DNA of 64,000 nucleotides from Myxococcales bacterium (GTDB lineage Bacteria; Myxococcota_A; Polyangia; Polyangiales; JAFGIB01): NCBI GenBank assembly GCA_029880325.1, contig JAOUOP010000009.1, positions 57,012 to 121,011 of the forward strand, read 5' to 3'. Shown piece by piece: positions 27,925 to 37,598 of this stretch (position 1 is its first letter; each line of letters starts with the position of its first letter). The notes under the pieces were generated by a model. It saw only the letters and a program-made list of their open reading frames with translations, ran no database searches and was not told where the DNA came from. The position numbers and the translations under genes were made by a program.

Positions 27925-28161
27925 CGGCGCTGAAGTCGAAAAAGCCCGAGATTTTGGGCCATGGGACCCGCCGACGGTGGATCTTTTCCGACACCCCGCC
28001 AGTCGGTTGACGGCGCCAAAATCTTGAGGGCGAAAGAGCACGACGCACACCACGATGCACACCACGACAACCCACACTCAGACGCCCCAAACGCAGATGA
28101 CCCGACCCCCCAGCGCGTGGGAAGTCGGGTCACTCACCCTGGAAGGGCAACGATGGGGGCT

Positions 28162-29586
<1,425 letters not shown>

Positions 29587-29820
29587 TGGCTCCACTCCGG
29601 TTCGCTTATTGCTCGCAGCCCGGCTCACTCGCGGGCGACCTTCAGGCAAAACGCCGCCCGCGATTAACCTCCGGCAGCCCCAGCCTGTTGGTCGTTCGCG
29701 CGGGCAAGGATAAGCAAACGGACGCTGCGCCGACAGCTTTAGCCAAAAAAATGGCGCCCGATGATTTTTTTTTCGGCCCCCCGGACTCGACTTTGCCGAT
29801 TTTCGTCCGATTTCACTGCC

Positions 29821-30987
29821 ATGAATGCGCCGGTGCTAAGACCCGAGCAGAGCGGCGTGGACCAGGAGCTGCTGTTCCAGGCCATGAGCGACGGGGTGCT
29901 ATCGGTTGACCTGGACGATGGCCAAATTCGGGGTGCGAACCAGGCCATGGAGCTGATCACCGGACACATGCTGTCGGCCCTTGTGGGTGCATCGCTCACC
30001 ACCCTCGCACCGGAAAATGCCGGGCCCCACGAAATCCCCTTTGGAAGGGAAGTGGTCACCCGGGAAGGCCTGCACGACGAGGTCACCATCCTCCGCGCCG
30101 ACGGATTTGTCGCCAGCGTCTCGGTGCGCGTCGCGCACGCACCCGATGGCCATCGCAGCATATGTATCATCAGAGATACAACCGCACGGCGCATGCTGGA
30201 GCGCGAGCTGATCACCAAGCACCTGGCCCTACGCAGCGCCCACGAGGAGCTCCAGGGCAAGCAGCGCGAGATTTCCCAGCTGTCGGCGCGCATGGCGGTG
30301 GTCTCGCGCCAGGCCCTTCTCTCGGCGGTGGTCGCCGAGGTCGCACACAACATCAACAATCCCCTGGCCGCCCTCGGCAGCTCGCTGCGCGTCTTGGCTC
30401 GCGGTCAAGCCAGCCCCTGCCCCGACCGAGAGCGCCAGCGCGCCCTGATCGAGCGTTGTGTGACGGCCTGCGACCGCCTGGCCAAAGTCGTCGACGAGCT
30501 GCGCGGCGCCTGTCGCAGCGCCAAGCCGGTCGGAGAGGCCATCGTCGACCTGGCCCAGGAAGCCGAGCTCGCGGTGGCCTTCATGCGCGACCGCATGCCG
30601 GTCGGCGTCAAGCTCGAGTTCAACACCGAGCCCGGCCTGCGTGTGACCGCGCGCGGCGACGAAATTCAGTACGCGGTGCTGAACATGCTCGACAACGCCC
30701 TGCACGCCGCCGGGCCCTCGGGAAGCGTTCGCATCCGCGTCGAAAGCACACCCGAGGGCGCCCTCCTGGTCGTCTCCGACTCCGGGGCCGGCATTCCCGA
30801 AGACCTCTGCCACTCCATCTTCGAACCCTTCTTCACCACCAAGCCCGCGGGTTCGGGCACCGGCCTGGGCCTGTCGATGGTGCGCCGCATGGTCACCGAG
30901 CACGGCGGACGCGTCTGGGTCGAGGCCCATGGAGAGCTCGGAGGGGCTTCGTTTTTCGTTCAATTGCCGGAGGCGCGAGATGAATGA
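29821..30987 (+). CDS. PAS sensor histidine kinase (FleS/FlrB-like by context)
   Basis: PAS domain (LLFQAMSDGVLSVDLDDGQIRGANQAMELITGH), H-box AEVAHNINNPLAAL, and HATPase boxes NMLDNALHA, DSGAGIPED and GTGLGLSMV. The start is uncertain (29761 or 29821). Confidence 0.85.
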   Translation: MNAPVLRPEQSGVDQELLFQAMSDGVLSVDLDDGQIRGANQAMELITGHMLSALVGASLTTLAPENAGPHEIPFGREVVTREGLHDEVTILRADGFVASVSVRVAHAPDGHRSICIIRDTTARRMLERELITKHLALRSAHEELQGKQREISQLSARMAVVSRQALLSAVVAEVAHNINNPLAALGSSLRVLARGQASPCPDRERQRALIERCVTACDRLAKVVDELRGACRSAKPVGEAIVDLAQEAELAVAFMRDRMPVGVKLEFNTEPGLRVTARGDEIQYAVLNMLDNALHAAGPSGSVRIRVESTPEGALLVVSDSGAGIPEDLCHSIFEPFFTTKPAGSGTGLGLSMVRRMVTEHGGRVWVEAHGELGGASFFVQLPEARDE

Positions 30988-32518
30988 GACCGTGGAAACA
31001 CAGGCAGGCGACGGCTCAGGCGCCGATGCCAGCGCCATGACCGGGCGCGACCCGCTGGGGCGCGTACTGCTGGTCGACGACGATCCCATCGTGCTCGAAG
31101 CGCTCGCCGACGAGCTGGGACCCCTCTTCGAAATCGACCGCGCCGACAGCGCCGAGGCCGCCGAGAAAAAACTGGTGGCCGGTCGCTACGACGCCCTTGT
31201 CAGCGACGTTCGCATGCCGGGCAAGGGCGGCGTGGCCCTGCTGGAGCGCGCCGCCGAGGTCGACCCAGATCTCGTGCGCATCTTCCTCACGGGCTTTGCC
31301 GACGCCGAGGTCTACAAGAGCGCCAAGCTGACCGGCGCCTACCAGCTGCGCAAACCCTGGGGCTGCGAACTCGAGCTGGTGCTGCGAAACGCCATCCAAC
31401 ACCGCCACAACCTGGAGCGCCTGCAGACCGAAATCGATGATTCACTGGGAGTCATCGGAATCGGGCGTCGCAGCGTCGAGGTCGTCGAGCGGGAGACCCT
31501 GGTCGCGCACATGCAGCGCTCACTGCGCTCGCTGGCCTGGGTGCGCCAGGTGGAGGTCACCCCCTTCGACACCGAGGACGACGCTGAGGGCGACGCGACC
31601 GAGCGCAGCGACCCCCTCGAGCTCGAAGCAGCGGCCGAGGGCGAAAGCAAGTTCGGCTCGGTGGTGCAGCATGCGACGCTGTGGACCGCCTCCCGCAGCG
31701 GCTACCACGTGCGCATCGAGTTTCTGGCCGAGCACGACTATGCCCGCCGTGTCGTGCAGCTGACCCTGCGCCAGACTGCCGATGCCCTGCGCATGCGCCA
31801 GCTCGCCGACGACATCGGCAAACGCAGCTACCTGCTCGAGTCGGCGCGCGACGAATTCATGCGCCGCGACCGCCTGGCCACGCTCGGGGCGCTGGCCTCA
31901 TCGATCGCCCACGACGTCCGCTCGCCACTCACGGTGTTGATGATCAACCAAAGCTACCTGGACGAGCGCATCGAAGACCCGCCGCTGAGAGAGGCCATTG
32001 GCGACTGCCGCGTGGCCCTCGACATGATCGAAAACGTCATCGGCACGCTCAGCAACATGGCCTCCGAACCCGGTGACTCCACCCGAGTCCCGCTTTCACC
32101 CATGGTCGAGCGCGCGCTACGCCTGCTAAGGAGTTCACTGCGCAACCGCAAGATCCGCGTCGAGACCGAAATAGACGTCGACCACTTCGTGCACTCGACC
32201 TCGGTCGAGGTCAGTCAGATCCTGATCAACCTGCTCACCCACGCCTCCCACGCCTCGCCGCCCGGCTCGACCCTCCAGCTGCATGTGCGGCGCGAGAGCT
32301 ACCACGTGGTCGTCTCGATCCACGACCGCGGACCCCGCCCCGAGCCCCACGAATGCGAGGAAATCTTCTCCCCCCTGCATGCCGTCGACCGCCCCGGCGC
32401 CGGGCTATCGCTTTCGATCCTGCGCCAGATGGCTCGCCACCATGGCGGAGACCTGCTGCTGCGTCCGAGCGGCGATGGTGGAAACTTCGAGTTGAAGCTG
32501 CTGGCCCACGAGGGCTGA
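30980..32518 (+). CDS. Hybrid REC-histidine kinase
   Basis: N-terminal REC (VLLVDDDPIVLE...DALVSDVRMPGKGG), H-box SSIAHDVRSPLT and a C-terminal HATPase (GAGLSLSILRQM). ATG 30980 follows GGAGG and overlaps the upstream kinase stop. Confidence 0.85.
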   Translation: MNETVETQAGDGSGADASAMTGRDPLGRVLLVDDDPIVLEALADELGPLFEIDRADSAEAAEKKLVAGRYDALVSDVRMPGKGGVALLERAAEVDPDLVRIFLTGFADAEVYKSAKLTGAYQLRKPWGCELELVLRNAIQHRHNLERLQTEIDDSLGVIGIGRRSVEVVERETLVAHMQRSLRSLAWVRQVEVTPFDTEDDAEGDATERSDPLELEAAAEGESKFGSVVQHATLWTASRSGYHVRIEFLAEHDYARRVVQLTLRQTADALRMRQLADDIGKRSYLLESARDEFMRRDRLATLGALASSIAHDVRSPLTVLMINQSYLDERIEDPPLREAIGDCRVALDMIENVIGTLSNMASEPGDSTRVPLSPMVERALRLLRSSLRNRKIRVETEIDVDHFVHSTSVEVSQILINLLTHASHASPPGSTLQLHVRRESYHVVVSIHDRGPRPEPHECEEIFSPLHAVDRPGAGLSLSILRQMARHHGGDLLLRPSGDGGNFELKLLAHEG

Positions 32519-32730
32519 GCCCGCCGCTTCGAAGGCGCCCTCGAGAGCGGCGCCAGGATCAGCGGCTTCGACGCCGTGGAGATGCCCGACGACCTGCTGA
32601 AGGCGGCCACGCGCTTGGAGGTCGACGTGGCCCACGACAGGCCACCGGGCGCGGCCTGGGCCCGGCACGTGATGCTCTTCGCCTACGTGGATCCTGGTCC
32701 CCAGACGTAAGAGAACTCGTTTCGCCCGGC

Positions 32731-32854
32731 CGTGGCCGTAGCCATGATCGTGATCGTGGACGATCAACGGCGTGTCGTGGGCACCATCGCGCAAGCCACC
32801 GAGGTGGCCAGTTGCTCTGGCTCGTCCACGACCACGATCACGGCCACGGCCACG
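32731..32854. repeat. 33-bp imperfect inverted repeat (long hairpin) between convergent genes
   Basis: Arms 32731-32763 and 32822-32854 are complementary at 30 of 33 positions, with a 58-nt loop. The three mismatches are A-C on the plus strand and therefore G-U on minus-strand RNA. Confidence 0.85.
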
Positions 32855-32898
32855 CTCGTGGCTGCGGCACAGGGCGGGCGTCCCGCCCCGCGAGCAGC

Positions 32899-34196
32899 CT
32901 ACTGGCAGTCGGTCTCGTTCTGGGAGTCCTGGAGCGTCCAGTCCGAGCTATTGGGCATGTCCTTGAAGTATTGGCACGCCTGCGTATCGCCGAGCAGCTT
33001 CCAGCGGAACCAGGCCACGGTGGACTCTTCGGTCCAGCGCGTGGGAATCGGAATGTGGTCGGCTCCCTGCGCCTGATACCAATAGGCCTCCACGCTCGAG
33101 CTGAGCGCATCAAAGCCCTCGCCGACCCACCTGGCCGAGACCAAGGTGTCCGACGAGCCGTTGAACATGAAGATGGGCGACTCGATCTGGGCGTACAGGC
33201 TGGCGTAGTCCGCCGGCGCGTCACCATAACCATGGGCCGGCTCCATCGCGTGACCGGCGTAGATCATGCTGTCGCCCCACTGCGCCTCGGCGCGGTAGAT
33301 GCAGACCACCGCCGCGCCTCCGCCCTGGGAGTGACCGGTGGAGCCGATCTTGTCGTCGGCCAGGTCGGGATATTCGGAGCGCGCGGTCTCGATGGCCGTG
33401 ATGCACTGGGTGCCCTGGCCCGTGTTCCGATCTTCGTAGCACGCGGCCAGAAAGCCGTGGCTGGCGAGGTGCTCGAGGACCGCCAGATAGGAGGAGCAGC
33501 TGGCGCCGGTACCGTTGGCCAGGTGCACCACAGGTACCTTGCACCCCGCGGGCACCACGGGAACCCTCATCTTCACCGAGCCCGAGGTCACCGCCTCGAA
33601 GCTGAAGGGGCCGTCTTCGGTGTAGCCGGTGATCCCGGCCAGGCAGTGGTCGCCCGCGGGTTCGGTGGTCGTGGCTGGCGGGTCGGTCTCGGTCTGCATC
33701 GACTCGCTGGGGTCCATGGCCGAAGCACCCATGTCGTCGGTGGAGGTCATTCCCATGCCGTCGCTCGACGTGTCCATGGGTTGTGCCGCGCTGCCGGCCG
33801 CGCCACCGCTGAGGGTCGGGTCCGATAGGCCCATGGCTGACGAGCCTTGCGTTTGTCCCCCGAGGTCGGCGGTGGTGGCGGGTGCAGACCCGGTGGCAGG
33901 GCTGAAAACCTCGGCGCCGCCCGCATCGGTCTCTCCGCCTCCACAGCCCATCACCCCCCATAGGCGTTAAGCGGCGTAAATTGCTGGGTTTTCTCGGCCT
34001 CCCAAGCAGGCGACATCAGAAATCGCCTTCAGTCTCAACTTCGGATTCGCGGGTCCTCGGAGTCTGGCAATTTCGTGAGCTGCAACCCGCCTAACGCCTA
34101 TGCCATCACCCCCTGTGATGCCGCGGCAGCCACCGCTGCGCCCACCGCGAGCCGTCCCAAAATGGAAATACGATCAGCTTGATTTTTGCGTGCCAT
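32899..34196 (-). pseudogene. Cutinase/PETase-like alpha/beta-hydrolase lipoprotein gene interrupted in its signal-peptide codons
   Basis: The 3' ORF (32899..33954) has HLASHGFLAACYE and the nucleophile elbow GHSQGG. A 33-codon 5' fragment (34196..34098) encodes MARKNQADRISILGRLAVGAAVAAAASQGVMA*. Removing the 144-bp insert plus one repeat copy restores in-frame ...SQGVMGCGGGE (lipobox-like VMGC). Confidence 0.7.
33959..34102. mobile_element. MITE-like non-autonomous insertion (144 bp) with 16-bp terminal inverted repeats and an 11-bp target duplication
   Basis: TIRs are cataggcgttaagcgg (33959-33974) and ccgcctaacgcctatg (34087-34102), matching 15/16. Flanking direct repeats ccatcaccccc lie at 33948-33958 and 34103-34113. 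There is no ORF inside and GC is lower than the surroundings. Confidence 0.75.
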
Positions 34197-34386
34197 GTTC
34201 AACACCCGGGTAACCTGGGAAAGATGTACGTGCTTTGCACATCGTCCCGTCTCGGGTCCTTGGCGCTGTGTTGGGAAAACCCGTGCGCAGTTCGAAGCCT
34301 GCGGCAGGGGCCCGCATTCCCCCTGCCTGGGAAGACCTACCCGGCCAAATCACCTCAACCGTCCTCGACGGTCCCCCCTATTCAGA

Positions 34387-35364
34387 TCATTTCTTCTTGG
34401 CCGTCCCGCGACGCTTCGATCGCCGGGGCTTCGCCGCGTCGACCTCGTCGGGCTTCCCGGCCGGCTCGGGCGCAGCTTCTTTCTCCTCCCCAGCGGGCGC
34501 GACCATGGCCTCGACCACAGCGCCCACTCCGTCCGCCGATCCGGTTGCGGCCTGCCGCCCGGCCCGCGGCCTCGCCCTTTCCGTAACCCCGAGCGCGGCC
34601 TGGAGCTCCGGGTCGGAAGGCACAGCCATGCCGCCCACACGCTTGATGAGAAATTCCACCCGGCGGTTTCGGGCGCGGTTTTCGGCGCTATCGTTGGGCG
34701 CCAGCGGTCGCGTGTCGGCGTAGCCGATCACCCGCAGCTGCTCGAACCCGAGCGGGGCCTCGCGCTGCAGGTGACGCAAGACCGCCGTGGCGCGCGCAGA
34801 CGACAACTCCCAGTTAGATGGAAAACGGCGCGTCTGGATCGGAGTGTCGTCGGTATGCCCCTCGACGCTCAAGCCCGCCCCGAAGGCGCGCGCCAGTTCG
34901 GAGATCTTGTCGAGCACCGGATCGGCCACCTCGTTGAGCGTGTCGGAGCCAACGGGGAAGACCAGGCGGTCTTTCAGGCGGATCACCACCCCATCGTCGG
35001 TGGCTTTGATCTCGACGTCGTTTTGCATCTCGCGCTGGCGCACGAACCGCACGATGGCCCGTAGCGCGCTCAACTCGCGGTCGTTGAGGGGCATCTGCAG
35101 AGTCGACTCGTGACTCGAGAGTTCCACAGGCGTCGTGGCCATGGCCTGGATGTGGCCGGAGCGCTCGATCTGCACGCCGAAGGCATCGCGAATCGAGCCC
35201 ATCATCTCTTTGAACTCCACCACGTCCATCTCGGCAAACGACAGCAGCAACACGAAAAAGGTCAGCAGCAGAGTCGCCAGGTCCGAAAAGGTGGCCATCC
35301 AGGGCGGGGCGCCTTCCTCGCAGTCGCAGTCCGCGTCGCCGAGGCTATCGAGATCGATGTCCAT
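34387..35364 (-). CDS. motB: Flagellar stator protein MotB
   Basis: N-terminal PPWMATFSDLATLLLTFFVLLLSF (TM with the conserved Asp) and a C-terminal OmpA-like domain (VEGHTDDTPI...SNWELSSARATAV). Confidence 0.9.
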   Translation of the reverse strand: MDIDLDSLGDADCDCEEGAPPWMATFSDLATLLLTFFVLLLSFAEMDVVEFKEMMGSIRDAFGVQIERSGHIQAMATTPVELSSHESTLQMPLNDRELSALRAIVRFVRQREMQNDVEIKATDDGVVIRLKDRLVFPVGSDTLNEVADPVLDKISELARAFGAGLSVEGHTDDTPIQTRRFPSNWELSSARATAVLRHLQREAPLGFEQLRVIGYADTRPLAPNDSAENRARNRRVEFLIKRVGGMAVPSDPELQAALGVTERARPRAGRQAATGSADGVGAVVEAMVAPAGEEKEAAPEPAGKPDEVDAAKPRRSKRRGTAKKK

Positions 35365-35384
35365 GGCTCACAGGCTCCTCGGGC

Positions 35385-36152
35385 TCAGGCGGCTTCCAGG
35401 TCGGCCTGGGAACGGTCGGCCGGGGCGATGCGGGCCTCGAGCTTCTCTTTGATGATCATCGCGTTGTGACCCTTCAGGATCGACTCGATACCAGCGATCA
35501 CGACCCGCATGTTGGCCGTCTCCTCGCTGGTGCGTCGTTCGAGCTTTTCGGCCAGCGGGTTGAAGACCAGGAAGGCCAGAATCGCCCCGTACATCGTCGT
35601 CAGCAGCGCCACCGCCATCGCCGGCCCGATCTTGGCCGGGTCGTCCAAGGTCTGCAGCATCTGCACCAGGCCGATCAGCGTGCCGATCATGCCCATGGAG
35701 GGCGCCGTCGCTCCCATGAACTTGAAAAACTTCTGGCCGCGCTTGTGACGCTGCTGCATCGAGACCATCTCGGCCGTCAGCGCGTCGCGGATCTCTTCCT
35801 GGGGCAGGCCGTCGACCGCGTGCCGGAGAGCCTTGCCGAGAAAGATGTCGTCGACCTGCTCGTTCTCCAGCGCCAAGATACCCTCGCGCCGCGCAACGTT
35901 GGAGAGTTCCACGATCTTGGCGATGGTCTTGACCGCATCGCCGGCCGGAACGCGGAAGGCATTTTTGACGACCTTGATCGCGCCCAGGACGTTCTGCAGT
36001 GACTCGCAGATCAATGTGGCGGCGATGGTGCCGCCGACGACGATGAGCAGGCTCGGTGTGTCGATGTAAGAACTGAGCTCACCGCCGACCAGAATCGATC
36101 CCACGATCAAGCCGAAGCCGACGAAGATTCCCACGGGCGTCGCGATATCCAT
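35385..36152 (-). CDS. motA: Flagellar stator protein MotA
   Basis: Start set at ATG 36152 (MDIATPVGIFVGFGLIVGSIL), preceded by AAGGAA. Contains a MotA/ExbB-type channel core (GTLIGLVQML...MAVALLTTMYGAILA). Confidence 0.9.
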   Translation of the reverse strand: MDIATPVGIFVGFGLIVGSILVGGELSSYIDTPSLLIVVGGTIAATLICESLQNVLGAIKVVKNAFRVPAGDAVKTIAKIVELSNVARREGILALENEQVDDIFLGKALRHAVDGLPQEEIRDALTAEMVSMQQRHKRGQKFFKFMGATAPSMGMIGTLIGLVQMLQTLDDPAKIGPAMAVALLTTMYGAILAFLVFNPLAEKLERRTSEETANMRVVIAGIESILKGHNAMIIKEKLEARIAPADRSQADLEAA

Positions 36153-36238
36153 CAATTCATTCCTTGTGCGGGCAAGCGGTCGCTTTTGTCCTGAACTTGA
36201 CGCCCACGGCGGCTCCAGCGGCTGCTGTTGCCCCTTGT

Positions 36239-36253
36239 TGGCACAGTCTGTGC
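36239..36253 (+). promoter_or_regulatory. Candidate sigma54 -24/-12 motif facing the REC-EAL gene
   Basis: Plus strand reads TGGCACAGTCTGTGC (GG-N10-GC), the same GTGC -12 variant as at fliL. It lies 155-190 nt upstream of the candidate start codons. Confidence 0.35.
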
Positions 36254-36407
36254 TCTCCAGTTGGTGAGCCTCGCGGCGATGGCACTCGCCTCGTCCCAGC
36301 AATCGGCCGTTGGCCGTTCGCCCTTGAGCGCCGGCCTCGGAAGCGCTGGCAAGGCGTAGCGCAACTCTAAAGGTGAACGGGCTCCAGGCCGTTGTCGGTG
36401 GGGTGAG

Positions 36408-37598
36408 ATGGAAGCGCTAGAATCAACCAAGCTCGAAGAGACGATGCCTACCCTCGCGCGGCCGCGCGTCCTTGTGGTCGATGACGTGCCAGCGGTGGTT
36501 CGCTCTTTCGAGCGCGTGCTCGAAAGCAGCTACGACGTGGTCGGGGTCTCCGACAGCGCCGCCGCGGTACGCACCCTGGGCACGACCGACTACGATGCCA
36601 TCATCAGCGACATCACCATGCCCGGCGTCAACGGCCTGGACCTGCTCAAGGCCGTGCGCGAGATCGACAGCGACCTGCCGGTGATCCTGGTGACCGGTGA
36701 TCCCTCGGTAGACACAGCGATTCCGGCCGTCGAGTACGGAGCCCTGTCCTACATGATCAAGCCAGTCGCCCCCGACGTACTGCGCAAGAAGCTGGACTGG
36801 GCGATTCACCTCAACCAGCTGGCCAAGATGAAGCGTCAGGCTCTGATGCTGCTGCAGTCCAAGGATGGCGTCGACCGCGAGCGTTCCCGGCTGACCCATG
36901 ACTTCGAGCTGGCCATGGCCAAGCTCTACCTCGCCTACCAGCCCATCGTTCACTGGCCGACGCGCTCGGTCTGGGGCTACGAGGCCCTGGTGCGCTCGGC
37001 CGAGCCGGCCCTGCCGCACCCGGGCGCCCTGTTCGACGCCGCCGAGCGCCTCGAACAGGTGGACGTGCTCAACCGGCGCATCCGCGAGCTGGCCCCCCAG
37101 CCTGTGGCCGAGCGCCTCGACAATGAGCTGCTATTTTTGAACCTGCACGTAGCGGACCTTTGTGACGAGACCCTGGTCGACCGCGCCACGCCACTGGCCT
37201 CGATCGCCTCGCGCGTCGTGCTCGAGGTCACCGAGCGCACTTCGCTGGAGAAGGTGCCCGGCGTCCGGTCGCGCGTGGCCGAATTGCGAGAGATGGGTTT
37301 CCGCATCGCCGTCGACGACCTGGGCGCCGGCTACGCGGGCCTGTCCAGCTTCGCCCTGCTCGAGCCCGACGTGGTCAAGCTCGACATGACCCTGGTGCGC
37401 AACCTCCACTGCGAGCCCACCAAGCAGCGTTTGGTGCGCTCGATGACGCGGCTATGTGGGGAAATGGGTATGGATGTGATCGGTGAGGGGGTCGAGTGCG
37501 CCGCCGAACGCGACGCCCTGGCTGAACTGGGCTGTGACCTGCAGCAGGGCTTCTTCTTCGCACGCCCGGAGCCCCCCTTCGTCGCCGTCAACTGGTGA
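36408..37598 (+). CDS. Response regulator with EAL c-di-GMP phosphodiesterase domain
   Basis: REC domain (RVLVVDDVP...AIISDITMPGVNG). EAL motifs YQPIV, YEALVRS, EVTER, DDLGAGYAGL, KLD, EGVE and QQGFFFARP. Start at 36408 or 36444. Confidence 0.88.
   Translation: MEALESTKLEETMPTLARPRVLVVDDVPAVVRSFERVLESSYDVVGVSDSAAAVRTLGTTDYDAIISDITMPGVNGLDLLKAVREIDSDLPVILVTGDPSVDTAIPAVEYGALSYMIKPVAPDVLRKKLDWAIHLNQLAKMKRQALMLLQSKDGVDRERSRLTHDFELAMAKLYLAYQPIVHWPTRSVWGYEALVRSAEPALPHPGALFDAAERLEQVDVLNRRIRELAPQPVAERLDNELLFLNLHVADLCDETLVDRATPLASIASRVVLEVTERTSLEKVPGVRSRVAELREMGFRIAVDDLGAGYAGLSSFALLEPDVVKLDMTLVRNLHCEPTKQRLVRSMTRLCGEMGMDVIGEGVECAAERDALAELGCDLQQGFFFARPEPPFVAVNW

Noticed and set aside
29640-29665. GG-N10-GC match (cGGgcggcgttttGCc) upstream of the sigma54 activator gene, considered as an autoregulatory sigma54 promoter.
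   Set aside because: The -24 half (CGGGCG) departs from TGGCAC at most positions. Such a loose match is expected by chance in GC-rich DNA.
32405-32794. Minus-strand 129-aa ORF with a His/Asp-rich N-terminus (HDHDHGYGHG), considered as a metal-binding peptide or COG0523-linker remnant.
   Set aside because: The His-rich codons are simply one arm of the 33-bp inverted repeat. The ORF then runs antisense through the better-supported plus-strand frame and the kinase 3' end. There is no independent coding signal.
32720-32870. Repetitive GTG/GCC/GAT-rich block checked as a possible CRISPR array or other direct-repeat array.
   Set aside because: Only two copies are present and they are in inverted orientation, without a spacer-repeat periodicity. 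No cas genes are in the window.
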